From positions 19,042,611 to 19,106,610 of the forward strand of contig CM119266.1 of NCBI GenBank assembly GCA_051294375.1: a stretch of 64,000 nucleotides of DNA. Reading direction: 5' to 3'. Of this stretch, positions 24,301 through 45,475 are shown in pieces (within the stretch, counting starts at the first letter, position 1; each line of letters starts with the position of its first letter). Under the pieces are notes generated by a model that worked only from the letters and a program-made list of their open reading frames with translations, did not search any database and was not told the DNA's origin. The DNA comes from Paraspadella gotoi (taxonomy: Eukaryota; Animalia; Chaetognatha). The position numbers were made by a program, and so were the translations under genes.

Positions 24301-27235
24301 ACTTGAACTTGAACTTGAACTTGAACTTGAACACAGGTGCTTGAACTATTACTTGGAAATGTTTTGGGATCATACCTATCGAACTTTATTTGCCCCCATA
24401 AAAGTTTCTCCTATTCCATCATAGCACTTCAGGAAATTGTAAAAAAACAGCAATTTGGCAGATCTGTTGTCCATTTACAGTGGTAAAAATGGATTTTAAC
24501 GAAGTAGCAGCTCATGTTACATTGATATAGGAATAGGAAATATAGGAAATAATTCGCGCGGCAAAATCAAACTTAAAAAGCTTCCCGCCGCATCTGATTT
24601 TCCGCAAAGCTAGGCAACTGACAGAAAAATCTACCACACCCACTAAGTGTGGGGGCTATTCACACTCACAGAGATGCATGTCGACGCTCTCTCCTCTCGG
24701 TCACATCAAGCTGAACTTTCTCCGCTGCTGTGGGTAGACATTTCGAGTTATCTTTGATATTACTCTACTCATAAAAGCGAACTAGATTTGTGATCTTTTT
24801 GCACAATCAAAAAAGTTGTATTCAAATTTGTTGCAGAACTATTAATTTTGTTTGCATCAGTTGCGGTAAAACTTATTGTATAATTCGGTAAAATATACAT
24901 TACTTAGTGCCACACTGACAATCTATCTAAAGTCTATGGTGGCTCGAGATTCAAGTAATAATTTTTATTTTATTTTTAAGATTCAGCACCGTCGCCCCGT
25001 CGAGCTACTGGAGTATTCTCTGCCGGCGGAGCGAAACTCTTCAAGCCGAACGCAGATCTGAGCAGCGATATCGGTATGGTCAGAGTTGAGATGGAGGTGT
25101 CGGCCAAGAAGGGCGGCAACGGGAATTACGAAGTCATCGACGTTGAAGTCAATGTGGACGAAGAGTTGGAAGACATCGGAAATTTGATCAAAGGTCTTAA
25201 ATCGGTCTGAAGTAAATGAAGTTTGCTTTTTCAAGTTCGTTCGTTTTGATAATCAGAGGATCTTCGATCATGGAACATTGTTCCAAATCCGTCTTTGCTG
25301 CTTTATGCTCGTGGCAATGGAGGTGGCAGGACCGAGGGAGGCGGCGGGAATAGAGGCGGAGATGGCAAAGGAGGTGGCAGGACCGAGGAAGGCGGCGGGA
25401 ATAGAGGCGGAGATGGCAATGGAGGTGGCAGGACCGAGGGAGGCGGCGGGAATAGAGGCGGAGATGGCAAAGGAGGTGGCAGGACCGAGGGAGGCGGCGG
25501 GATTAGAGGCGGAGGAGATGGCACAGGAGGTGGCAGGACCGAGGGAGGCGGCGGGATTAGAGGCGGAAGAGATGGCACAGGAGGTGGCAGGACCGAGGGA
25601 GGCGGCGGGATTAGAGGCGGAAGAGATGGCAAAGGAGAAAGAGAAGGAGATCAAGTCTTCGCCACACCAAAGCTCAAAGTGACTCCAAACTCAAGTGGCG
25701 AGATCAAAATCCCGAAACTCTTCGAAGGACCAGGTGGCGCGCCTCTTCTTCGCGAGGCGATTCGTTCCTCGCTTGAAGACTTACTTAAGGAGCACGCCGC
25801 TGAAATCGTGGGTCACGTTATTGACAATGCATTGAAGGAGGTGTCGAGGGATCGAGAGATAGATCATTCAGGTCGTGGCGGCGGAGGCCATGGCGGTGGT
25901 GTCGGCCACGGTGGAGGTAGTGGCCACGGCGGTGGTGGAGGCCACGGTGGCGACAGAGGCCACGGTAGGGGTGGTGGCCACGGCGGTGGTAGCGACCGTG
26001 ACGGGGGTGGCATCCATGGTGGTCACGGTGGAGGTAGTGGCCACGGCGGTGGTGGAGGCCACGGTGGCGACAGTGGCCACGGCTGGGGTGGTGGCCACGG
26101 CGGTGGTAGCGACCATGACGGGGGTGGCATCCATGGCGGTCACGGTGGAGGTAGTGGCCACGGCGGTGGTGGAGGCCACGGTGGCGGCAGTGGCCATGGC
26201 TGGGGTGGTGGCGCCCACGGCGGTGGTGGCATCCATGGCGGTCACGGTGGAGGTAGTGGCCACGGCGGTGGTGGAGGCCACGGTGGCGACAGAGGCCATG
26301 GCTGGGGTGGTGGCCATGGCGGTGGTTACGGCGGTGGCCGCGGACAAGAAAGACCAATGGCACCGTTCGCCTAACTTACCCCCGACCCCAAGAAGCGAAG
26401 GCGTTTTTTCTAACGACGATGCATTCGATGGCGGAAGAATCAAAGGGATTTTGGAGACAGCGATGAAACAGGTCGATGCGGAGATTAAGAAGTTCAAAGA
26501 TTGCGGATGCAATGGAACCGGAAGGATTTTGGCCTCTGAAAACCCTCGAGGCAACGTGACGACCCACTGGACGAAGGATAACGATGGCGAAGGAGGCGGG
26601 GATTTCAAGAGCATCTTGAATGAAAAGACGGCCGAGTTCGTAGCGGAAATGGCGGAATTGAAAAGAATTTTCGCTGGGGACGAGAAGCTTAATAAGTCTA
26701 ATAATCGCGGAGTGGAAGAAAAAGAAGGGGAGAAGGATAAGAGGAGGATGAACCAGAAACGAATGACGAAGATATTGGAAACCTTTTTGGGTAGAACTGA
26801 CTTGGACGAGGTTGGGAGGGAGGAGGAAAAAATAGAGAGTGGGGAAGACAACCGAGCGAATGAGAGTAGAGAGAAAAAGAGGAAGGCTCGGAAAAAGCCC
26901 CCAACTCCGGCGACGACGAAGAAAACGACAAAGAAGAATGTCAAATGGAAAGATTCCCGGGATAATTCGAAGAAGATTCCGAACTTCGATCGGCAAAAGT
27001 TGTCAAACACCAACAAAAATTGCGGAGGAAATTGCGGTTTGTTTACGAAACGAAGTTGTTTATTAAGAAAAATTAATAAAATTATTATTAAATTGGTACA
27101 ACCAATATAAAATTATCCATTCATTTATTAAATAAGCTATACTGCCCCTGACTTTGGACAGGAGGTGGTGGTTTAAGGCCTCCAACACTCTTACAAGATA
27201 ATGATATAGCACGTCCCTGCAAGCTTTTCTATCTA

Positions 27236-27333
<98 letters not shown>

Positions 27334-28122
27334 AAAAAAAAATAATTATCATTTATTATTAAACGCGAAGTAAATTTTCAAGCTCGTCACCAGAGCGATT
27401 CTTTTTTTCAGGAGGAAAGCTCGGGCAATCCAAAGACTCTAATCAAAACAGAGGATATTCTGACTCGGTTCGTTAAATCCTTCAAAGTGCCTTTCTGACA
27501 TATATAGCGACGCAATTTGAAACCCGCCGCTTAACTTGGCAGGAGTTGTTATACGATTTCCCCTTCGATAACAGAAAACCAGTGAATTGGAATTTGGGAA
27601 GAAAAGTCGATTGGAATTTAGAAACAGAATTTAACGGTTAACTTATTTTTTTAAAACATCAATCCGCTATGTTCTTTTTTCAAATAAATTTCTGCCTCAT
27701 TAAAACGAATCAAGGGTGCGATTGTCTTAATGCCGCTCCAGCCGAGTCGGAATTTCAAGGATGCGAATGTCAACCCGAATGCGACTGCGACAATGCTGCT
27801 TTGGGAGCCTGCGAATGCGATACTTGCGACTGTCAGGTTTTTACGAAGATGATCGTTTCTTGGGAAAGGAGCGTCTAATTTTAAAGCTGATTAAAATTAC
27901 GAGGTTGTCAACGACGATGGCTTCGACGACGACTGCGGCTGTGACGGGGTTTGCGACTGCGAACACGAGGACGGCGACGACGAACCCAGATCCTCCAAGC
28001 AGATCATGAAAGAGATCGTCAACGCTTTCTACGCCAACCTCATGGGTGTTGAGGTCGACCCCAACAAGGACTACGGGTTGGAAGAGTATTTTAAAAATGA
28101 GAATCGCCTATTCCTTGGTTAA
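18324..28122 (+). CDS. Large unassigned multidomain protein (~1,960 aa) with two degenerate globin-like domains, Gly/Arg and Gly/His repeats and CxC clusters; exons 18324-18870, 19067-19367, 19451-19720, 19796-19961, 21459-21535, 21600-22101, 22197-23651, 23755-23848, 24981-25193, 25257-27036 (one +1 frameshift at or before ~26342), 27412-27467, 27543-27636, 27715-27836, 27904-28122
   Basis: Thirteen consecutive GT-AG junctions join GC-rich open blocks in matching phase. Total length 5896 nt = 1965 codons + 1 extra base. The start exon and the single-gene interpretation are inferred. Confidence 0.62.
20274..21019 (-). mobile_element. Non-autonomous miniature LTR retroelement (TRIM-like), 746 bp
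   Basis: Two 255-bp near-identical direct repeats (20274-20528, 20765-21019), GTAG target-site duplication (20270-20273, 21020-21023), minus-strand ends TG...TA, and TGG-starting PBS 2 nt inside the 5' LTR. Confidence 0.85.
20730..20762 (-). other. Primer-binding site complementary to the 3' part of tRNA-Trp
   Basis: Plus strand AGAAGGTTGCGTGTTCGATAGTAGGGCTCACCA resembles the metazoan tRNA-Trp 3' half (AGAAGGTTGCGTGTTC...GGGGTCA+CCA, recalled), including CCA. Confidence 0.75.
22851..23303 (+). other. Globin-like domain within the 18.3-28.1 kb gene
   Basis: Helix pattern LFSREEREQIRELWAQI (A), KILRSWFIASPS (B-C), DFRDRFRFVFPLLNVVVEKLD (E), LVDALANFEAEIH (F, candidate proximal His), ELRVFTDAVFNCL (G), FGKFLDFLEEAL (H). 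Confidence 0.7.
27093..27210 (-). repeat. Short dispersed repeat that hosts the TRIM insertion; other copies 20200-20273+21020-21072, 19983-20022, 7952-7990, 34467-34520
   Basis: Shared TCTTGTAAGAGTG.TGGAGGCCTTAAACCACCA...GTCCAAAGTCAG.GGCA..TAGCTTATTTA...GAATGGATAATTTT..ATTGGTTGTACCAATTT. Confidence 0.85.
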
Positions 28123-29543
28123 CCCGGCGTGGAAATGCTTGGGGATTTACAGATACAATCAGACACTTTACAATTTCAACCTTAAATTTTTAGAAAAATT
28201 TAGAAAAAAAATTATAGAATTTTGTAAATATTCCTTAATGCATCCTAATATGTCATGTACTATTTGCGATTATATTCACTTCATGCACAAATCATTTATA
28301 TTTTGACATTATTAAAACCAATATGTAAATTTTGTTGAATTATATAAATTACAAGGATTATGTGAGCAGTCGCCATAAACAATAGAAAAGCAAAGTTTCA
28401 TATGCAATTGCAAGTCTTTCTGCAGAATGTCCTGGCGATAGCTTGACGCTCACTGTAAATGGAGATTTTAATCATTAAATTTTTTTTAAAAATGATTGAA
28501 CTTTACATAACAACGCTCTGCAAAGGACTTACTTTCCGATGCGACCTCCAGAAACGCACCAGTTCTCCTTCCGCAATTTTCTGCAAGTCGGGGGATCTCG
28601 ATTGAACGCAGTCAGTAGGATGAGATCGTCGTAATAATGACAATCTTCCTCGTAGCCGACGACGTTGTCGCAATTACGATTTCTTGAGATCGGCGGAAGA
28701 ATGATAAATAATAGTCACGAATCAAGATTGGAATATGGATTGATTTATGATATTGATTAATGTGATGATAAATTTTAAATGTTCTTAGAAATTTTACTCA
28801 CGCGATGGCCACATCTTCGCATTCCGATCTTGAATCGAAACAGCTGCAAGGCGGATCTAACGACCTACTGAAGGCAATGTCGAGAAAAAGAACAAGGGCA
28901 GTGATTTTTAACAACATCGTTATTTTTCCCGCTTTGTTTTTATATATATATACTTTTTTTAAATTTTTTCAACACGATATTTTTGTTGTTATCTTTTTTT
29001 TTTTTATTCCGAGGTGATCCTTCTCTTTGGATTTAATTTAAGTACTTTTCTTTAATTGAATTAACGTAAAAACGATTACGAGAAGAAGAGTTGAGAAATA
29101 TGAATTAAATGTGCGCAGATAAGAAATATCTTGGATCGAATCTAAAATCAGATAACCTAATAGAAGTAATCATTTTCAAAAATAAAGAGCAGGAATATTA
29201 TCGAGTTATTTTACTGAACTATATACATTGCTCGATGTTCGAGCCTACTATATTCGATTTATATTAATTAATTTTCCGAAATAAATCCACAAATTATGTT
29301 AATAATAATCTTCGTCTGATGATTCTGACGTCTTAGCTTCCATTTAAGAACAACACTTATTAATAATATTAATAATGATCGACTTTTTTTTTCACAGGAC
29401 TTTCATTGTTATGATCTGATCTGTCGTCCCTAAAATAGAAAGTTTGGTTGATTTAGTGATCCGGTTTCAGTGATGCGGGCATCATTTCTTTCTACAGTTT
29501 TGTGCGTTCTTTAACATTTCTCTCTTTCTTTCAAATTTAAAAA

Positions 29544-38685
<9,142 letters not shown>

Positions 38686-39650
38686 ATGACCTCACTTGAG
38701 GGTTTCCTGGGCCTCGAATCAATTGTTTCAATAAAACGAAACAGAAAACAAAGTTTTTGTTTTTTTTTGTTTTTTTTTTTCAGTCAGGTGTAAACCATAC
38801 AGTCAGTCGTGAATATAGATTTCAAAATCAATTTCTGTTTATGATTACGTGATCTTGTTTTATGTCAAAATAATTAGTATGATAATGCAAAAAAACTGAT
38901 TACCAAAATGAGATTCAAAAGACAAACGTAGATCGTAAAACAAAAAGCATCAAAAAGTTTTGTTCTTTTTAATAGCTAAGGCCTATTTTTTTTTAAAGAA
39001 TACTTTAAAAATAATTTAAATTAAAAAAATTCTTTTTTCAAATTTATAAATATATTCATATTTTTCATAAAAACGTTCAGGCTTCTTTCTTCTTGACTGA
39101 CTTTTTGTTTTCTTCTTTCTATCATTCGCCTCATTCCTCTTCCTCTTCCTCCTCCGCCTTGAATCCCATTATAAAAGCTTTCAGCTTTCAGCCTTCAACC
39201 ATTCGATCTTTCGCCGAAAGTTTCGGCTTTGTAATTTCTTCTGTCGCATCAACTTTTTTTTTCTCTGTACTGCAGATTATTTCTTTTTTGCAAAGGAAAG
39301 TTTAACATTTATTTTTTTGCCCGTTTCTAATCGACGAAAAATTACAATTTACGAATTTACAATTTTTTTTTAAACGAAAACTTTTAAACGAAAACTTCCC
39401 GATATAATCATAACGAGACGTTGACTTTTAAAAACAACTGCTCCGTCCATGGCAATTTTTTGGATATCTCTATATCATAATAATACATTTTTTTGTATAT
39501 CTCTCTTAAAAGATTGGTTTTATTTCATTATTTCTCAGAAATAATGCCCAGAATTGGTAGTTCCGCCTTGGATAAATCTCACAAAAAATTGTGGTTAAAG
39601 TTAACTTACGACATTATCGTTTTTATATGAGCATAGTTTTGTTTTTACAG

Positions 39651-42600
39651 ATGTCGAACCCGCAAGCTCGAGGCCGCGCCCGCGGCCGTCAGGCGCCAAA
39701 CGGGCACGCCCCTGGAGGCGGCGCGGGAGCTCACGTTGCGACGCCTCCTCCGAACGCCTGGGGTCCGCCGCGTCCTTCGAATGGCAGCTCGAATCGCGGC
39801 GCCGCTCGGCCGAATCCGCCATCCGCTGCTGCTGGTCCTGCTCCTGCTGCTGGTGGTGGTCCACTCGGAGCCGGTGCGTCGGGGCGCCGATACCTGGACG
39901 ACCTCTTCGCGAGGATGACGGTGAACGAAGGTCCCGACGCGGAAAGACCGCGCGCAATCAGAGGTGGAAAGGAATCTCTCAAGGAATTGGCCGAACTCGT
40001 AAGTTCTTATTTCTTTCCGGTTGGTTTGTCGTCTGCCCGTTATCTAACATTATCTAACCGTTTCAAACTCTGATTAAACTGCTTTTCCAAACCAGTGGTA
40101 AAATAATCTTTATCTTACCTTGACGAAATACGGAGTACATCATTACATCATTTTTTTCATGATTTTGTCTATTAATTATCGAATATAGGCCATTCAATCA
40201 CATTGAAAAAAACATTTTTTATCATTAAAGTTCCCTAATAATGGTCTAATCAATGGCGTTTCTGAATTCTCGTAAGACATGTCATGATCGAAATCATTCA
40301 AAAACGAGGTTAGGTAAAAGACAAAGCAATGGAAAGTAAGAAATGATGGAGAACTCTAAACAATAGTGAAAAGGTAAGGTCGGTTAAAGTCAGAAACTTG
40401 ATCTTGGTTAAATGCCAGTTTCCTTGTCGCGGTTGTTGTTGTTATCGTTGTTGTCGCCGCATAACATAAATTAATTTGTGATTAATATTTTTTTTTAATT
40501 ATATAATGAGAATATGAGAATATTCAATTGTATATTTAAATTTTAATAATATTAAGTAATTTGAGCAGTAAATTTCTAATGATTTTCCTTTTTTAATAAA
40601 TAATGAATGATGTTAAGAAAAGTTTATTTACATAAGTACCAATACCAGAAACTGGCTATAATTATATATAAAAAAAGATTAAAGAGGAAGATCCTCCCTC
40701 CGTTTCCCGAAGGCATCGCTAACATTTCTCTCGGCTTCATTTTAATAATATAAAATAAAATATAAAAATTTAATGTTCATGTAAATTTATACTTTTTTTT
40801 TCTTGCTTCCTCCTTATTTCAGGTTCGGCCAAAATGTATCGAAAACAAAAAGCAACCAGCAGGTCTACAAAAGTTTGAAAAAGCTCTCACGGTTTACGCC
40901 AACGCGTATCCTATTGCAGACGCGGCGCAGTTTACGCTTTTTCAATATGTCTTCTACTTCGAACCGCAGCAGGACTCAAAAGGGGCTCGGTAAGACTCGA
41001 AGGCTGTGATGTGCTGACACTGTCATGTTGGACATAAACTCTCTTTGTAATTCGTCATTCTTTGCGAAAGACGGAGAACTCCGCTCATCAGTCCTGCAAC
41101 ATTTCTCTCTTTTCAATTTTTACGTTTTACATTTTCTTTCCCTTTTTTCATTTGTTACTCTTGCGCTGGTAAACATCAGATATATAATGCTTTTTTGTCA
41201 TTTTAACTTTTTATTTTATTTTATCGAAATAAAATTTTCATTGTTTTTTTAATATTTTTTTAAATCTTTTTTCATCCACAAGAAATATTTCTCACAATTC
41301 AGGTACATATATTACATATTGATTCTCCTCTTTCCCCAACAATGAACCCTGTTCATTGAACAGCTTGCGACTCGTAAATTCAACGATGAAGGCGCAACAC
41401 TTCAAAGGATCTCTCTCGTTCGACGGCATGAACGGATGGAGCAGCGTTCGTCTGCCGAACGAGGAGACCACCGTCGTGGGTGAGTCTCGCGAGGGAAAGG
41501 TCACGATCCGCTGTCGTCTCACGTGCGAGCTTCCGCGAGAATCACCGACGACCCGCCAGATGCTGAACGTCGTTCTGCGTGACGCCCAGACCGCGCTGGG
41601 CCAAGTCCAAATAAGGTGAGCAGGGGAAATTAAATTACGTTAATACGTTACTAGGGTGATGACATTAGATCTGTAATTTTTAAAATATAGTAAATAAGTA
41701 ATAATATATGATGTAATAAATTATATTAATGATAAACCACAATTAAAAACAAAAGGAAAGAAAGGAAATGATACCACTTGTATAACTTTTTTTTTTCTAC
41801 AAATGACAACATTTTAATCAACGACCTGATTCGGATAAAAACCCATCTTTTCTTTCCAGGCGTAATTTCTACAGTTCCAACCTGGAGACTCGGGTCCCCG
41901 AGCACCGCGTCGCCGTCTGGCCCGGCTTCAGCACCCGCATCGATGACTACGACGGCGGGCGATTCCTCGTACTCGACGTTTCTCATACCGTTCTCCGTAT
42001 GGAGACGGTCCTGGAGCAAATGAATGCCTGGGGTAATCGAAACACGATTATCCGAGAGCTGGTCGGTCAGTCGGTTTTAGCCCGGTATTCTAACCGACAC
42101 TACAAGGTTGACGACGTAGACTTCGACCAAAATGCTCTCTCGAAGTTCTCCGGTCGTGACGGCCCGATTTCTTACGCCGAATATTTCAAGAGTAAATATT
42201 CGATGAAGGACATCCCAAGTCAGCAACCTCTTCTCATCCACCGCCTCAAAGGATCCGAACGTCGCGCGGCCGAACAACAAGGTCGTCCGACAGAAATTCA
42301 CCTTCTTCCGTCCCTTTGCTACATGACTGGGATAACGGAGAACATGCGTCGCGACTATCGTTTCATGAACGCGTTGGCTCAATACACCAAGCCATCCCCC
42401 AGCACTCGAGTTGAACAATACGAAAAATTCACCAAGTCTTTGAGCCTTCCCGAAGCCTCGGCTAAGGTCAACCCCTGGGGTCTGCGGCTTGAGAACAGTC
42501 TGGTCAAGATCCAGGCGAAGCGTATTGAACCGGAGAGAATATATTTCGAGGGAAATAATCAATTTTCCTGCGATGATCCCGTCAGGGCCATTGACTGGAG

Positions 42601-44326
42601 TGGCGCAATGAAAGGCAAAAGGCTTAATAAGTCCCTTCTCATCAGAATCAAATGGATTTGTCCTCGAGACATCGTTCAGAGAGCCAAACCCTTTGTAGAA
42701 CTTTTAAGGAATTGCTTGGCCACCCTTGGCGGCAGAGACAATCTGCAAGATGGCGGACTCGTTCAAGTTGATGGCAGGCCCCAGGGATACGTGGATGCTT
42801 GCAACCAAATCGAAGCGGACGGCGGCGCGAACGCCTACAGCATCGTTATCGTCTTCCTGAAGGGTGACAGCTGCTACGCTGTCACTAAGCGCAAGCTGAC
42901 CGCTCATTTGGGAATTCCTTCCCAAATGATCAAGTTCGACGAGCGGAAACTGAGTCCGCCAAAAGGCATGTCGATCGCTAACAAGATCGCTATACAGATC
43001 TTTTCGAAATGTGGCGGAATCCCTTGGGTCGTGGATATTCCTCCGAACAAAGACGAAGTTAAACTTATGGTTGTGGGGATCGATGTCTTTCACAAGAGGG
43101 ACAGTCCGTCCGTCTTGGCCTTCGTCGCTTCATTAAATGGATCGTTGACCAAGTAAGTTTAATAATTCATTTTTATAATTCCTTTTTGCTTTCAGTTTTT
43201 TATACGCATATGATTTTCAGCAGTCACGACAAGCCTTTTTTGTAACTACATTTTTTTAATTCTTTCTTTTTTTCTTCAATTATTTAAATATTTTTTAAGT
43301 CTTTCGTTTATTTCATAAAGTAAAACTCCCGTTAAAAAAATCAATTTTCGTCAGTCTTACCCAATCTTAATCAAATCTTAATCTTATTCGGCATAACTCA
43401 ATCAATCAATCAAATAAATCACGCTACTAGTAATCAAATCAATCACTTATTGAGGACAATCAATCATTAAATTTGTCCTAAATTTCATTTAAGATTTTTT
43501 TTTCGAATTTTTATTATTTAGCTAAAATTTAGATACTTGACGCGACTTTGTTTTTTCTAACTGTTTTACCTTTTTTAGTTTGTGCTCTTATTATTAATTT
43601 TTTTCTTACTTTGTAGGATGCACTCATCCACATCACGCCAGGACACTTCCTTCGACGAAGTTGGTGGCGGTGAAATAAAAGTCATGATGGTCGAGGCTCT
43701 TAAGGCTTTTTATGCCGAGAATAAAAAGCTCCCGAAAGATATTTTTGTCTATCGGGACGGCGTCAGCGAGGGCCAATTTGAAGGCGAGTCTTTTTTTTTT
43801 TTTTTTTTTTTTGCAGTTCCTATTGTTAATTCTAGTATAAAATTGTTTATTTTCTTAATGAACGCAGGCCCTTGTCGACACAGAAGTAAAAAGTCTTTTG
43901 AGCGCCATCACAACCATTTCGGCTGAAAATAAGCCGAATCTCACGGTGACCGTGGTCACCAAGCGGATCCCCCAGAGATTCATGGTTGAATCAAATTCAA
44001 AATTCGCAAATCCGCCACCCGGAACTGTCGTGGACAAGTCGGTCACTCGTAGCGAGTATCAAGACTTTTTTCACATCAGTCAGACGACGAGGGAAGGAAC
44101 GGTTTCTCCCACTCATTACAACGTCGTTCATGACGAATCCAAATACAATCTAGGTGTACAGCAGAGGCTTGTGTCTAAACTCTGCTGCCTCTATTTCAAT
44201 TGGCAGGGAACAATCAAGGTTCCCGCTCCTTGCCAATACGCCCACAAATTGGCCGCTCAAGTCGGGGAATCCCTTGGTGGAGACATGCCCGCGAAGAATC
44301 TTTCTCAAAGATTACATTTTCTTTGA
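39651..44326 (+). CDS. piwi: Piwi-clade Argonaute; exons 39651-39998, 40823-40989, 41364-41615, 41860-43152, 43617-43782, 43868-44326
   Basis: N-terminal ARGRARGR, WPGF, PAZ (RYSNRHYKVDDVDF, SYAEYF, QPLL, LLPSLCYMTG), MID (Y..K, IPSQ, KCGGIPW), PIWI domain (VVGIDVFH, YRDGVSEGQ, NPPPGTVVD, GTVSPTHY, YFNWQGTIKVPAPCQYAHKLA), ending LHFL. Confidence 0.96.
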
Positions 44327-45228
44327 AGTCTCTCGGGCGAGTCGTCAGACAAATATTATGTTCGGATATTTGGTCGATTTTTACCTTTGGCTATTTTTGT
44401 CATCAAAAATGATTTCATGCGCCAAATTAACAAATATTTAGATCCGGTTTATGTAGATAACTGTTAACATGCATTCGGGCACTAGGAACTCAAAAAACTT
44501 TTTTTTTTACTTCTATAAGCTTTAATTTAGATACTTAACTGCTATTTTATAAGAAAATTCATACGTTTGAAACGTAAGGTTAAAGGAAATGAAATTATTA
44601 TTCTTTACTAAGATAAAAGATTTAATGAATTAATTTTTTTTTACCTTTAACTGTTTCTACCAACTCTTTGTTAATTCTTGTTAATTTTAATTCATCTCTC
44701 CCTAGTCTTTAAACCTAGAGTATTCATCAATTTTTTGTTATAAACACACACTCTCTCTCTATGTGTGTGTGTGTTTGTCTCTCTCTCTCTTTTCTATTTA
44801 GAAAATATTTTTTGGCATTATTTTATTAATTGATTGTATATTGTAGGTTTTGAAACATGGATTTCAATATCTGTTTTCACGTTGTTTTTAGTTATAGGAA
44901 ATACAAGTTTTACTAGTTTATCTTCTTTTTAATCCTCGTCATGTATTTGTTTAGTTTGCTCAGGATGGTCTGAGGGCTTAATATCGTTAGTCAAAAAATA
45001 TATCCATTGGTGTTTTGGAAGTTTGTAAGATTTAATTTTTTTGGTTGGTCTGAGAAATTATTCTACCTTTGGCTTATTTTTACATTCGCCGACCGGGATT
45101 TTTTTGGTCGGCTTTTTTTTTTTTTTTTGCTTTTTATGAGCGACGTATAAAATCTCGCTACGCAAAAATAAAAAAAGGATATTGGTAAGGGTAAAAAAAC
45201 TTATTATAACTTTTATTTCAATGTTCAT

Positions 45229-45363
45229 AAAGTTGTAAGTTTAAATTTGTATTGTACAACAAATTTAATAATTAATTTGGGACATGTTTCGGTCTTTCAT
45301 TCAGACCTTCATCAAATTAATTATTAAATTTATTATACAATACAAATTTAAACTTACAACTTT
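45229..45363 (-). ncRNA. Hammerhead ribozyme motif (first core C replaced by T) enclosed by ~51-bp inverted repeats
   Basis: Minus strand TTGATGA-A-GGTCT(GAATGAA)AGACC-GAAA-CATGTC at 45315-45281. The flanks are near-perfect inverted repeats. Confidence 0.68.
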
Positions 45364-45475
45364 GTAATCAATTAACAGACAACAACGAAAAGAAAAGAAA
45401 AGATACAAACTTTTATTTCAAAAATTCCCTGAACTACCCCTAAACCCTAACCACCCCGAGTCCCTCATCACTCAT

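Noticed and set aside
25818-27016. Minus-strand Thr/Ala-rich and His/Arg-rich ORFs
   Set aside because: Shadow frames of the GC-rich Gly/His repeat.
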